Shown piece after piece: positions 26,416-38,800 of a stretch of DNA of 64,000 nucleotides (its first letter is position 1; each line of letters starts with the position of its first letter). The translations under genes were made by a program, and so were the position numbers. Source of the DNA: Azolla caroliniana (taxonomy: Eukaryota > Plantae > Polypodiophyta); NCBI GenBank assembly GCA_043228905.1, contig JBHGNT010000006.1, positions 3,534,001 through 3,598,000 on the forward strand. The letters run 5' to 3'. The notes below the pieces were generated by a model. The model ran no database searches. It worked only from the letters and a program-made list of their open reading frames with translations, and was not told the DNA's origin.

Positions 26416-27849
26416 ATCAACCAGAAGATGTCATCTTGACAGAAGATGGATCTGTTTTCTGATATTTGGGAATGTTGGATATGCAGACTTCGTCTTGTTT
26501 TACTTATGATAGGAATGTTGTTACTTGGTTACTTTTATGATGAAAATGATTATATATCACCCCTTCTCTATGGGGGAAAGACAAGTTTATCCTATAATTC
26601 TATCATTAATGTCAATCTTGTTCTCTCAATCTAAGTGCTAACTACTTCTTGTGGGCAGTTTATTGTGTGGCATGTAACTTGATATATTTTTTTCCTCTTC
26701 CTCAGCCATGGCATGCTATCCTTTTTAGATTATGTTATGGTAAAATTGTGAAACAGGAATTGGGTTGAAAATGTGACCAACTCATATGTATCCTCTGCAG
26801 AGGAAATATTGGGTGTCATTTTGCCAGATATGTGTTGGTACTTAACATGCTCTTGCAGAGAACACAATCTCATATTTCTTTTCTTTCTTGCCACTGCGTC
26901 TCTCGCTCACATCCATTGTTCCTTAAACTCAACTTGATATGATAATCATGGCCAGTGTTTAGGAAGGAGAAGTCCACATAAAGTGAAAATATTTTCATCG
27001 TAATTCTACATTTACAAGGGACAATCTTTGAGAGAAATTGCATTAACAGCTTACAAAATGATGCCATGAAATGAGGAACCCTAAACTCGGATTTGTTAAG
27101 AATCACTAGCTTGTAATGTTAGGGATAACTTTTGGATAGTAGTAATCAGTTGCATTTTGATTTGTGAGGTTAACGAATGAGGAAATTTTGTGTTTGTACA
27201 TGCATTCATCGGTTATTTCTAACATGAGAAATCTTGAAATGAGACCATTTCTAACAAGATAAAAACTTGAAATAAGACTCATCTCTTGTTTTCACATATT
27301 TTTTGGGGACCCGTTTACTTGTTAGGATTGTTTTTCCATGGTGTACATACGACTACGAAAGGATATTCATGACTTTGAAGTTGTTAGAATGTGGCTGGTC
27401 CTTGTCCTTTTCCAATTGCAAAGGAGAATTTTTGTGCCAACTAGCAAACAACAAACATAAAAGCGATGTGTACCCAACTATTATACTGAAAAATTATAAG
27501 TGTTTTGGGATCGTATTATCTTATTAGTACTTCATAAAGAGAATGTCTAGAATTAATATCTGTAAAATCTCACTAAACTAATGCCTACTTTATATAAATT
27601 TTGGTAGAGTGTATTGCATGCTTTCTTGTACATTGATAAAAGTAGTCATGTGAAGAACCATTGGAGAAGACAAACTTGAATGCAAACAACTTTTGATGAT
27701 TGTGACACATCTAGCATTTCTTAAACTCGGGGACAACTTGCTCCCCAATCGCCATTTGTAAATGATTTTGTCAAAAGGAAATGTATTCAAGAACATCAGA
27801 ATTTTAATCAAATGCTAACTCTAAAAGAATAACATAATTAGTTTAATAA

Positions 27850-28440
27850 TGTCTTGTAAAAAGTACGATTACCTTTCATTTTACATAGAGATCGAGGAAT
27901 TTTCTGTGTTATTTACTTCTATGTATAGATAATTTGTTTCATAATTGGGCTTGAACCAAAACATATTGATAAAACAAACACATCTTACTAATAATTGTAC
28001 TACAAATATTCTTCTCCAAATGGGGAAAGTTGAAACTACAGTCACTAATATATGATGGGGCTCAACCCTTTCTTTGCCATTCACATCATTGCTTGCATAC
28101 GCTTTAGACACACTCACTTCAATAGGAGATAGAGTGTTGATGCATTGGAACCTTGGTGAGGAGTCTCATCGGCTACCAATATTCTACCTTGAGCAAGTTC
28201 AAGAGTCAAAGTATTACACTTTGATACAATTTGTTGCATTTGACCATGTTTGAGTTTGCTTTCCACGTGTTAATTCGATCCACTCTCTTACACACATTCA
28301 TCTCACACAATGTGCACTCTTGATTGCAACATTTATTAGTAAATTGCTTGAATATTGAGTTTCATTACTCAATTCCACTTTTGGTTCCACAAGTCATATT
28401 TTACCTCCAAAGAACAATAAGAAATTCTCTCGCCCCTCAC
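27850..28440 (+). mobile_element. Old RTE family A 3' fragment
   Basis: cacaatgtgcactcttgattgcaacatt and gtcatattttacctccaaag match the other family A ends. Pyrimidine tail. The 5' limit is approximate. Confidence 0.6.
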
Positions 28441-28599
28441 TCACTCTCTATCTATATGTCTCTCTCATTAACAAATAGTCCAAACAAAGGGATATATAGA
28501 TAGATATCTTTTTCACACGCATGCACAATTTCTAATAGTTGAACTCCGAAGACGACAAAAATCTTTCTCCCTCCATCTCTTACCTCTATTACATTATTT

Positions 28600-29300
28600 C
28601 TTAGTGTTGATGAAGCATTGGAGATGAAGTGTACGTTAAGCACTTAACAAATTTGAACTTCTTTAATGTATCAACCTTCTTCTTTGAGGGGTACATCTAA
28701 AACTTTAGACTTGTGACTTCAACAAAGGTAGTAAAAAACCGTGCTCCACAAATTGATCGTATGAGCACTTTCTTGCATAGATCATAGTGTGTCAATTCCG
28801 CAAACTTCATGATGGACTCATATGTACCTCTTTGACACTCTTTACCTATTTTCCAAGCATGTCATGCTCGCAAATTCCAAGTTGGTATAAGGTATAGTAG
28901 TAGGTAGGACACCCAATCCCCCCAACACCTCCATTTTGGCATTTGACAAATGGTCCAATTGGCCATACCATAATGTGACCTCTAATTGATCTATCACCCC
29001 CAACAAGTTCTCTCATTGTAGAAAAATATGCAACATATAATAAGGCCAACTTATTGCCCTTCATGACAAGATTCCACATCAAGATCTTTGATGTCCTCTT
29101 GGTGAATGCTACCTAATATCCAATCTCATTTTGTTGACCAAATGACAACATGCTCTTTTATCAAATCATGCATGTGGCAAAAAATTGTTTCGTTTGATGT
29201 GCTTCCCATACAATACATGGTTGCAATTTCAATGCCACTATCAAACATTATTGGGAGTCTCGCAAATAGATGATTACAAGAACTTAGTGAACCCCTTCAA
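28600..29300 (-). mobile_element. Highly decayed L1 ORF2 fragment
   Basis: A VAW..PK..GG.G-like remnant around 28920-28980. Limits approximate. Confidence 0.4.
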
Positions 29301-29449
29301 TGTGGTGTTTATACATAAAACACCGTGCCTCAATCTAGCAACCACACATGTGATACCTTTTCTAGTTAGTAGTAGGAGTGTTTTTCTTAATGTAGTGTAG
29401 AGGATCTTTGATCAATATATTGTGCTCTTGTATAAAGACATGTAAGGTA

Positions 29450-30170
29450 TGCAAGGAAGGTATAATAGAGCATGAATATCACTTTCTTTTTACGTGCTCG
29501 ATTGTTATAGGCATAACTTTATAAAATGATTTCATAGCTAAATTTGATGGGTTACAGCCTACAGGTAGGATAGTTGGGAAACTGATTATCCTAGGATTTG
29601 GGGCAAACCCATATGGACCTATGGCATGTGGTGGCGTGGGAGCCTAAGGTGTTGAGCTATATAAATTGGACTAGCTACCCCTTCATTGCAACATTTGGAG
29701 ATGTTGTAAAGCCTCTATAGGTGAGGCTCAGCTCTCTTCTTTCGAATCTGATCCATTATTCAACATCCAAGGTATAACATAAAGTAATTTTCGGTGGTAT
29801 GTGATACCACGGATATTTTATGTTTATTTCATGTCCTTCACATTGACGTTGTTGATGTGGTAAAGAACCCTTCATGCATTATTCTCCTTAATGTCTCGTT
29901 CTTTTGCTCATCATTACTATGATCCCTAATATCAACATAAAGTGGGATTCGTGAAAACTATGATGACAAATTAAGAGGGGAGATGACTTGAGTGTTCGAC
30001 TAAAGAGACAACCTAGAAGGTTGGATTCATATGTGTATGCCTTATTCATATATTGAGAATTTGTGCTTCAAAGTATGAATATGCCTTATTAGGAAAGATA
30101 CGTACATCAAGAAAATTTGTGTATTTAGGTCCCCATGGGTCAATGTTGGCCTTTTTATGGATTCTAAAAA
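29450..30170 (+). mobile_element. Old RTE family B 3' fragment
   Basis: 30010-30165 (cctagaaggttg...tgtgcttcaa...catcaagaa...ttggcct) matches the reverse complement of 270-425. Confidence 0.6.
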
Positions 30171-31129
30171 AAAATCTAGATGTTGTGTTGACATAATATT
30201 GACAACGAGGCCAACACTTTTCTTACATGCTCATCACCATTACTAGGGTTTCTTCTTTCATTCTTAGGGCCATGAAAACTCCTCTGATGATGCCCTTCTT
30301 TGGTGTCACTTGTAGCATTTGACCTTATTTTGTCGGAATTTCCCTTGACAACTCGTCCTTGGCTTCTATGACAATTTCTATTAGGGAGCTTCCTCTACAA
30401 GTCACATAAGTATTCTACCTCCTCATATGAGGGTGTATTATCTACATTGCCTATCAACTTTTGGCATATCTCCTCGTCGAGACATGCTCTATATACCTCA
30501 TCATATGAGGGTTATTATCTCTAGTATGCCATGGTATGCTTGTGCTTAGCAATTGGAAAAAGGTATCCAATGAGATTGATAATGTGCACATGAGCATCAC
30601 GACTTGGCATGGGGGGTAGGTGGTTGTGTATTTATTATATAGTTGGTAGGAGAGTTAGAGCATGTTTTGTCAACGTCAAGCACAATTCTCAAAAGATTCA
30701 TCCATAAGAAAACACAATTGATATTCTGTCAATGGTAAATCACTAATCCTACAACGAGATTATGGATGCATAGATTGTGCCAATACAATGAGTATGTCAA
30801 GGAGAGTTATTGAAGAAATATCTCCTACAAATGATCAAAGAAAAGAGAGTGTCTGACAAGGAGTAATGTTTGTAACATGAGAAGGAAACAATTTGTAGAA
30901 TGTGACAATAACAATAACCTATCAAACCCACATAGGAGCCCGTTGTTTGTATAGATGCATGCAAAATCATCACAACATCCAACAATCGAGATCGCTTCTA
31001 GTTTTGTAATTGAAATGGATTTGGGGCAAACAATGTCTACATAAATTGGTTTTGCTTCAATTTGCTCTAAATCCATCTCTCGTCTCTTTAAGATTCTTGT
31101 TTTGTCCATTCATTTGTCTTCTGATTGGT

Positions 31130-32412
31130 GGCACACACTTCCCATTGAGACCATGGCCATGGAAAGGGTTGCCGAATGCATGCTTAAGTCCCTCACATTG
31201 AATTCCTAAAATCACATTGGAGGCAAGCAAAAAAATTCAAAAGACGCATAAGCGCAAATTTTTGTGTTCTGGTTAGGTGTAACATATGGAAAAATGGTTT
31301 GGAAGATGGGATGCAACACATTTGCTTCATGATACATCACTAGATTCCTTTGTAAATGAGGCCTTCTTTCAACACCAATGTATCATGACATAGGAAAAAT
31401 ATGGAGGCTCATGCTTCACACATTGTACTACATATGTTGCACCGAACTACAAAACCATATTCTTCGCCAAACAGGGAAATTATACACATTGACATACTGT
31501 AGAGCCCATTATGTTGTTTGCCATACGAACCATTGATTCCATGTGACTTAGCTCACGTTGTCGTGAAGATTCCAAGCCATCGGGAGAAACGTCGCCAAAA
31601 GCATGGGAATGTGGGTGTGCACAAGTGCACCCCCTTTTGTACTAACTTATGTAAGTACTAGGTGTTGTCATCCATTCTCTGCGGTACCTCTACGAGCAAT
31701 CTCTAGAAGGAACCCTCGGCTCGCGTCAGACGCCCGTGCGCTCCCGGCCAGAGGTCCTCTTTTTCCTATGTTTGTTCTAGAGCTCGAAGCTCTATTCTCG
31801 GTTCTGACCGGTTGTATCCCCTATGCTTCATGACTGCATCCTAACTAACAGTGATAACATATTTTGTTGATTGCGTTGTGTTTCTACTGTGTCGTTCTTG
31901 TGTTGCCATTCTCTTGTACTGCATTGAGTCTGACACCTACGACCACCTCCTTCCTACTCCTCTTTGTCGGTTCGCGGTGTTTGTGTGTATGCGACGCGCG
32001 GGCCCCTTCCTCTTTTCTTGATTCCTTGGTTCAAGACCCCTGTGGTTCTGCCCCGTTTCTACGCATCCACACGGAATACTGCGACAACGTGCATTGTGAT
32101 GTGAGATGGGCCGTTGGGGCACAAGTGATGTGATTGACTGGCTATGTACACTTTGTCTGGGAGTCTGAGTATCACACTCCAATACAATGCTCTAGAATCT
32201 TGGATCATATTCAACTATGCTTTTCACACCATCTTCAGCACAACCCAATCCTTGAACGAATTTCCCTCATAATCACAATGCGCACTCTCGATTGCGACAT
32301 TCATTGGTAAAGTTCTTGAACATCGAGAGCCGCTACTCATTGAAAAAAATGAAATGTAATATTTTTGGTCGGACAAGTCATATTTCACCTCCAAAGATGA
32401 TAATAGAATCTC
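31130..32412 (+). mobile_element. RTE family A 3' fragment interrupted by a solo LTR
   Basis: Collinear with the reverse complement of 9660-10430. Ends gatgataatagaatc plus (TC)n. Confidence 0.85.
31559..32086. mobile_element. Solo LTR (528 bp) with ACGT target-site duplication
   Basis: tgtcgtgaagat...tactgcgaca, flanked by acgt at 31555-31558 and 32087-32090. Removing it restores the RTE sequence ctcacgtgcattg. Confidence 0.88.
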
Positions 32413-32416
32413 ACTT

Positions 32417-32449
<33 letters not shown>

Positions 32450-32846
32450 CGTGTGCACGCGCACGCGTCAAATATGACCATATTGTGGCGACGAATAATG
32501 GAGGACAAATTGTAGAGTATGTTTCGAGCGTTTGGAGAAGAGGTGACGAGCACTCTCGGGATTTCACGAGCAATTAAAAGTAGCTTTGGTAAACAAATCA
32601 TCTATGTACTTGTAGTAGTTACCCATTCATCCATCTCTTCTCTACACGAGCCAAAAGGAACTCTCCACACATTTATGTACATATACACCGTATACGTAAT
32701 ATATACCTATATATGTATAATATACGTATAAGGTGTAAATATACGTATATGTATATACATACACTGTCCATTGGTACCTCTTCGTGTGTGTTTATATATA
32801 TGTACATATGTACATGTATGTATGAATGTATGCATGCTGCGTGGCT

Positions 32847-35800
32847 ATGGAGTACTCGGGCTCCGGAGAGATGCAGCCTCTCCCGCCATCGCCATCGCCA
32901 TCGCCATCTCCATCTCCATCTCCATCTCCATCTCCATCTCCATCTGCATCTCCATCGCCATCGCCAACGCCAACGCCATCGCCATCGCCATCTGCATCTG
33001 CATCTCCATCATCATCTTCCTCCGAAACATCATCATCCGTTTTGTCGTCGTCCTCATCCACCACATCATCTACAGCCGCATCATCATTGCCTCCTAAGCG
33101 GCCTGTCCTCCCTGCTAGTTTCTTCAAATTCCCTGTGCGGTCAAGGCTCAGGGCCATACACCAGGTTTTGTTTCCTGTTTTTCCACTCTCTCTCTCTCTC
33201 TGGGCATTAATCTTTCCTTCCATTTGTAATATACTGCTCTTTATGGTCACTTAATGTGGACTTCGTATACATATGTATGTTTGCAATGAGTTACACCCCC
33301 GGATGTATCACAAGTTTCCTGTTTTTAGTGACATAAATGATCATTAGTTCCCCGTTTATATATGAAAATGGTTCCATTTTGGTTACAAAAAGGAAACCTG
33401 TTTTGATTTAGAAAAAAATTAAAATTTGGCTCTGCTTTGGTGACCAGAAATGGCCCACTTTTTGGTACGATAGATGATTCATTATCAGATTATCATTAAT
33501 GCATGCAATGCTATTCCATTGAATTCACATTTCTAAAGAGAAGAACAGGGAATAAGAAGAAGAAGAGAAACATAAAGAGTAGTATAAGAAATGAAAGAAA
33601 AAAGGATTGCCAGAGAGAGAGAGAGAGAGAGAGAGAGCGCTCATGGGCCTGCTAAATATGGGTAATGGATTTCCAGAGAAAATATACAAATTCGGACCAA
33701 TCTTCCAAATATTTCTAACATTTAGCTTATTTTTGGCGACAATTCCTTATCTTAATTTCAATTTAGGCCGGAGTGTTTATGAATCTTAGTCATGGTAATA
33801 ACCAAAACTTTCCAATCGTTAATAAATAGCTCTACTTTGTTGATGGAGGAAGGTCATGTGAATTGTGCAATTGCCTTATCATCAATGAATGAAAACTCTA
33901 GTGACTCCCTGAATGAAAATGTCTGTGATTCCATGAATGAAAGTCCTTAGCCATATCAAGAAAATAGAGAAAGAGGAAGGTGGATGAATCTGTAGTGGTA
34001 GCTTCTATAATGCCACCCAAACCTAGACAAAGAGGATACAATCATATGAACAAAGAAAGAATAAAGAGCCAACCAATTGTTTTTAACAAACGAAATACCA
34101 CTAGGAAAGAAAGTTTACACAATGAACCAAATATATTATAAACCCAACAAAAACACCATTCAGTCTTCCTGTCCTGGACGAGGTAACTTTTCACTTCATC
34201 TCTTTTTACCCGTGCTCACCCCTGCTAACATGCTCCCTAAAGAGGCTGTAAACACAAGAACTTGGCAGCTCTTGCCTGCAAATAAGAAGTTTCTAACACA
34301 ATTGGAATTGAAACTTGATTTTTTTGCCCTTTTTTACTCTAAAACTTCTTTTTGGTAGTTCTGCTAGTCTTCTCAACAGAAAACAGAAATACCTATATTT
34401 TCTTACTTTTTTATTTTTTTCCAAAAGTATTTTCTTACTTTTTATTTTTCTCTCTATAATTTTGAAAACTGCCTCCTAGCTTTTGACAACAGATCTGGTA
34501 CATTCCTTGTCTCATGGTCTGATCAAACGTGACAGGAAGAGCATGACAGATAGAGAGTGTAATTAGATAAGCTAACATGAATATGGGAGGGGACTTCTCC
34601 TCCTGTGACTAGACAAATTAGTTGTAAATGTAAATAAAGGTAAGAGATTGTCAAATCAGCAACTGGGTAGCCTGAAAGGCATGATGATACCTATGGAGTG
34701 GTTAAAATGTGATTTATAGTAAAATAAAGTCTAGAGGTTTATGGTCACATATACTCTGGATAGGTATGATATGAATTTAGACTCTAGAGTTCGAGTTCCA
34801 TAAAGGGCCAGATATGCTTGGTTACACCCTCTTTTGGATCAGCCATAGTTGTAAAATACTTAGCATAAAATACATATACGATACATAAACTATGTATTCT
34901 AAAAGTATTCTTCCTTTTTCTTTATATTCTTAGAATACATATTCTAAAGATTAAATAGGTTAATTACTTTCAGAATATGCTAAATACTTCTTATAGTTGT
35001 AATGCATCTCGCAATTGTTTTTTTGCCAAATTTTAGATTTTTATTTTACTAAGATTTTTTTACATAGCAAACTGTACGTATTAAAAAATGGTAGTTTTAA
35101 AATGTAGAATATGTGTTGAATACTTTAGAGTATTCTAAAACATATTTTAAACATAAAGTACATATTTTTAACAAATATGGTGTCAGCCTTCCTAGTATAG
35201 ACCTTACAGTGATTGGCCTCCATTGAAAGGGTTGATTTAGGGCTTAGTCTCTTGCCTTTGTCAGTTCATTTATGTTAATTATTGGTAAATGATGATTATG
35301 GGCACCTATCATTTGTGTAACTGAAAACAGCATGTTAAACATGCATGTAACCAAAAAAACTACTTTGTGAAATTACTTTGTGCCATTGATAAGCAGACAT
35401 GCAGAAATTTATCAATTTGTGGCATTTTTTTCCCCTACTGCTCAAGGAAATCATCTTGTGTGCTAGGAACCAGTATATCAGCTCATTTGAATATAAACAG
35501 AGTCCTCAAACTAGCTTCAATTCTCACAAGACAAGGCCGTTGGCACGTATCATGGATACTGCAAAAATGGTAAATTATTCCTTTCGTTTTCTTTTTTCAC
35601 TCAACCTTAGGCGGTCGCAGAAAAATATAAGAATTTAAGAGAGATAGATGGGGGGTTATTGAGAGTTATGTTACACTCAACGAAACTGTTTTCAAGGCAA
35701 ATGAGTGTGGAAAATCTTCATATATTTTATTTAGGATAAGTTCTTAGGTTTATTTGCACGTGTAATGAAAAGCAAAATGCAACATCAATTCATTGCCATT

Positions 35801-38800
35801 AGATAAAACAAATACCCACATGGATAATAATCACCATTTATTTTGGGATGAAGTGCTATATATGGTAAGAGTAGGTTTCAAGCTATTTTGCTAGCTAATT
35901 TATCGGTTTCAAGAAAATCCATTTAAGCTACATAGTGGACTAATAACAATAAATTAGGATGCTTACTGAATAATAAACAGAAAGCGATCAAATGTATTAA
36001 CAAGATTAAGATTTTAATAGAAATGTTATTTTTTTAAATATAAATCTAATGCAGATGATATATGATCCTCAACCAATCAAATGTGTTGAAGCTGTGTTTC
36101 TAGCACTTTATTTGACAGTAAGTTATCTCCTTATTAACCTCTTAATTCCGTTGTCTAACAATGCAAGAAAATATGGCAGGCATGCAACATTTATAATCTT
36201 TATTAACTGGAAAAACCTTTGATAATTTATTTATTTTGTTTTCAATTGGCTTCAAGGCAGGAATTGCAAATGTAGAGAGAATACCATTAAGTTTCAAGAC
36301 TGAACTACAAGGACAGGTGACATACTATGTATAGATAAACGTGGTGCATTTGAAGGCTGTGAGCAACCTGGATGCTTTTTTTTAAAGTTTAGGACATCAA
36401 ATTAATTATTTGAAAGCTTTTATAGCATAAAGTGATCTTAGAGAAAATGATTTTGAGTGATATATTTCTAATACGTTTCAGAGTGGAATTTACTTTTTGT
36501 TAGGTATGATGTGTCTCGACGAGCTTCCTTTACCTCATTTTGTTTGAAAAGTTCCTTTGTAGACCATGACATAGTCAACTTGTCCATGTGCTAACCCTCT
36601 TCTGTTGGAAAAAGGCTTCCTCTCACTTAAATATGACTTCGTCTCTAATCTAATCTGTGAATTATAGAAACCAACATCTTCTTACTAGCATGCACTCTCA
36701 TGTAAAGAACATTGACATTTGCTTTATTTAAGAGCCTATGTCCTTACATCTCAATCCATCGTGGAAAGTTCTTCACTGCTAGAACTTGATGATAATGTCA
36801 ATGCCCGTTTTTATGTAACCTACGAAGCATAAACAATAGAATACTTGCCACTGTTGGGCATTGCATCATTAATGAAGGATACAGGTAATCAATAGAACTC
36901 AATATTTTCATTGAACAGGTGTATCAACATATAGTTCTTCTTGTGAAGCATATCAATAAATACGGGGCGTTTGGTATCAGTAGACAGCATGATCTTATGA
37001 ATAAAGATTTTGATTTTGAAAGGTATTTTTTAGACTTCATTGTTATTTAATATTTAATGCATAGAATTTTAGAGCATGATTACGATCGATTACACTACTC
37101 TTCCTGTGAGAGAAGGCTTAGTGTTAGGCCCTTATAATTTCTGCAAGAATAATTTCAAGGTTTGTCAAGAATTATCGTAATGCTTTGTAGCATTCATATG
37201 ACAAGCTTATGATCATGATGACAACACACAAAAAGGTTGAGCATATGACTATTCTAAGATTTTGGAATTTGTTTCCTGGGTAACCAATTTCTTGTGTAGT
37301 AGCAACCCTCTCTGCCCAAGATTTTTACAATTTAGCTGGTTGTTTACAAGCTAATGTTACACAATAGAGATGGAGGTCCACATCATCAGTACATGCTACA
37401 CATGAAGTGGTTGGGGAAATCTAGTCACCAAGATGGACTCATAAACTTCTTCCCAAAGCTGCAAATGACATTGAAAATGTAAACATTGTGATCCATGAAT
37501 TTGAGTGAATGTGAATTCAACGACTTTTACTCTGTGATAATGTAGGTTTGTCCTTGTATTTGTTTAGTTATATATTATTCACTGAATCAAGGAAATGTAA
37601 TTCGTAAACTTGGATGTGAGGCTAGGCATTAGTAAGATATCTTTGTCAGGTTTCTATGAATCAATTAAAAGCATTAGACTAAGTTTTGCTTATTAGTATG
37701 CCTTAAGTCTGGGAGTCAAATATTTATTCCACTTAGGAAATAGCTATAAGAAAATGACTAGAATCTCAAGTTTAATAGACTGCATAAAATTTCGAAAGCT
37801 AGTCCACGTGAAGAAGCACTAATGGAAACCAAATGAATCAAGCAGAGGTTTCTGAAAAAGAAATATTGGCTGATATTCTAAGAGATCTTGGACAAATATA
37901 AGTAGAAATTGCTGAATTACTAAATGTGATTCCATATACGCTCAATTGGCCAATTGCCAACACATATATGGTCCTTTCATCATGGTTAATCACGTTTTTT
38001 TATGATTGCAGTATCACAAATATTGTAGATAATTACAGGAAGGCATATGAGAGGTCTCAGCACAGAGTGCTACGTATAAGGGTTGGGCTCCCAGTATGGT
38101 TTCCCTTCTCTATGCTCTGATTTCAATTATCTACTTTAAAATGGTTAAATTTTAAGTTATACTATCTCTTGTAGGTGGAGCACAATATTGAGTCATTTAA
38201 TTTTGTATGTTGGCGTTACTTGTCAATTGATCCATATACATCAACTTGGGATCAGGTAATGGTTTTCACATATTTTTGTACCCATGAATCACTAGAAACT
38301 TAATCTTTCATTATCCAATTTTACAGTAAGCATAAGTTTATATGTAAACTGTGTACATTTGTCGTGCACACACACACATATACATAGAGAGAAAGATTTT
38401 ATAATTGTCTTCAAAGGTCAAGTAGGACATGTGAGCCCAAAAATTTAACATTTTCACGGACTAGATGTGAAAGAGAGAGAGAGAAAGGAAGAACAAAAGA
38501 AAAATATATTAACGACTTTTAAGAGGCCAAAATGGCCGATAAGACCAAACAAGAGATTACATCTTAAGTGTTGTCTCGTCTTTGAGAACAACAAATCAAA
38601 ATAAAATAAAAATTTCTCGGTAAATATAAACGTAAATAAGATAAAAAAAGCGAGACGAAAAAATTTGGTTTTCGGCGGATGTGAGGTTCTCAAGTTATAT
38701 ATATTATAACTTTTGTCTTCGGAAGATCTCTAGCATAGGTTGATGCAAAATGGAGAGGTCTCGGAAGCGAGAGAAGCACCTGCGATGGTGGGAGATAATG

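Noticed and set aside
32713-33250. His-rich, Ile/Ala-rich and Asp-Gly-rich ORFs in other frames
   Set aside because: These are alternative readings of one hexamer repeat. Only the Ser-Pro frame splices into the vasohibin core.
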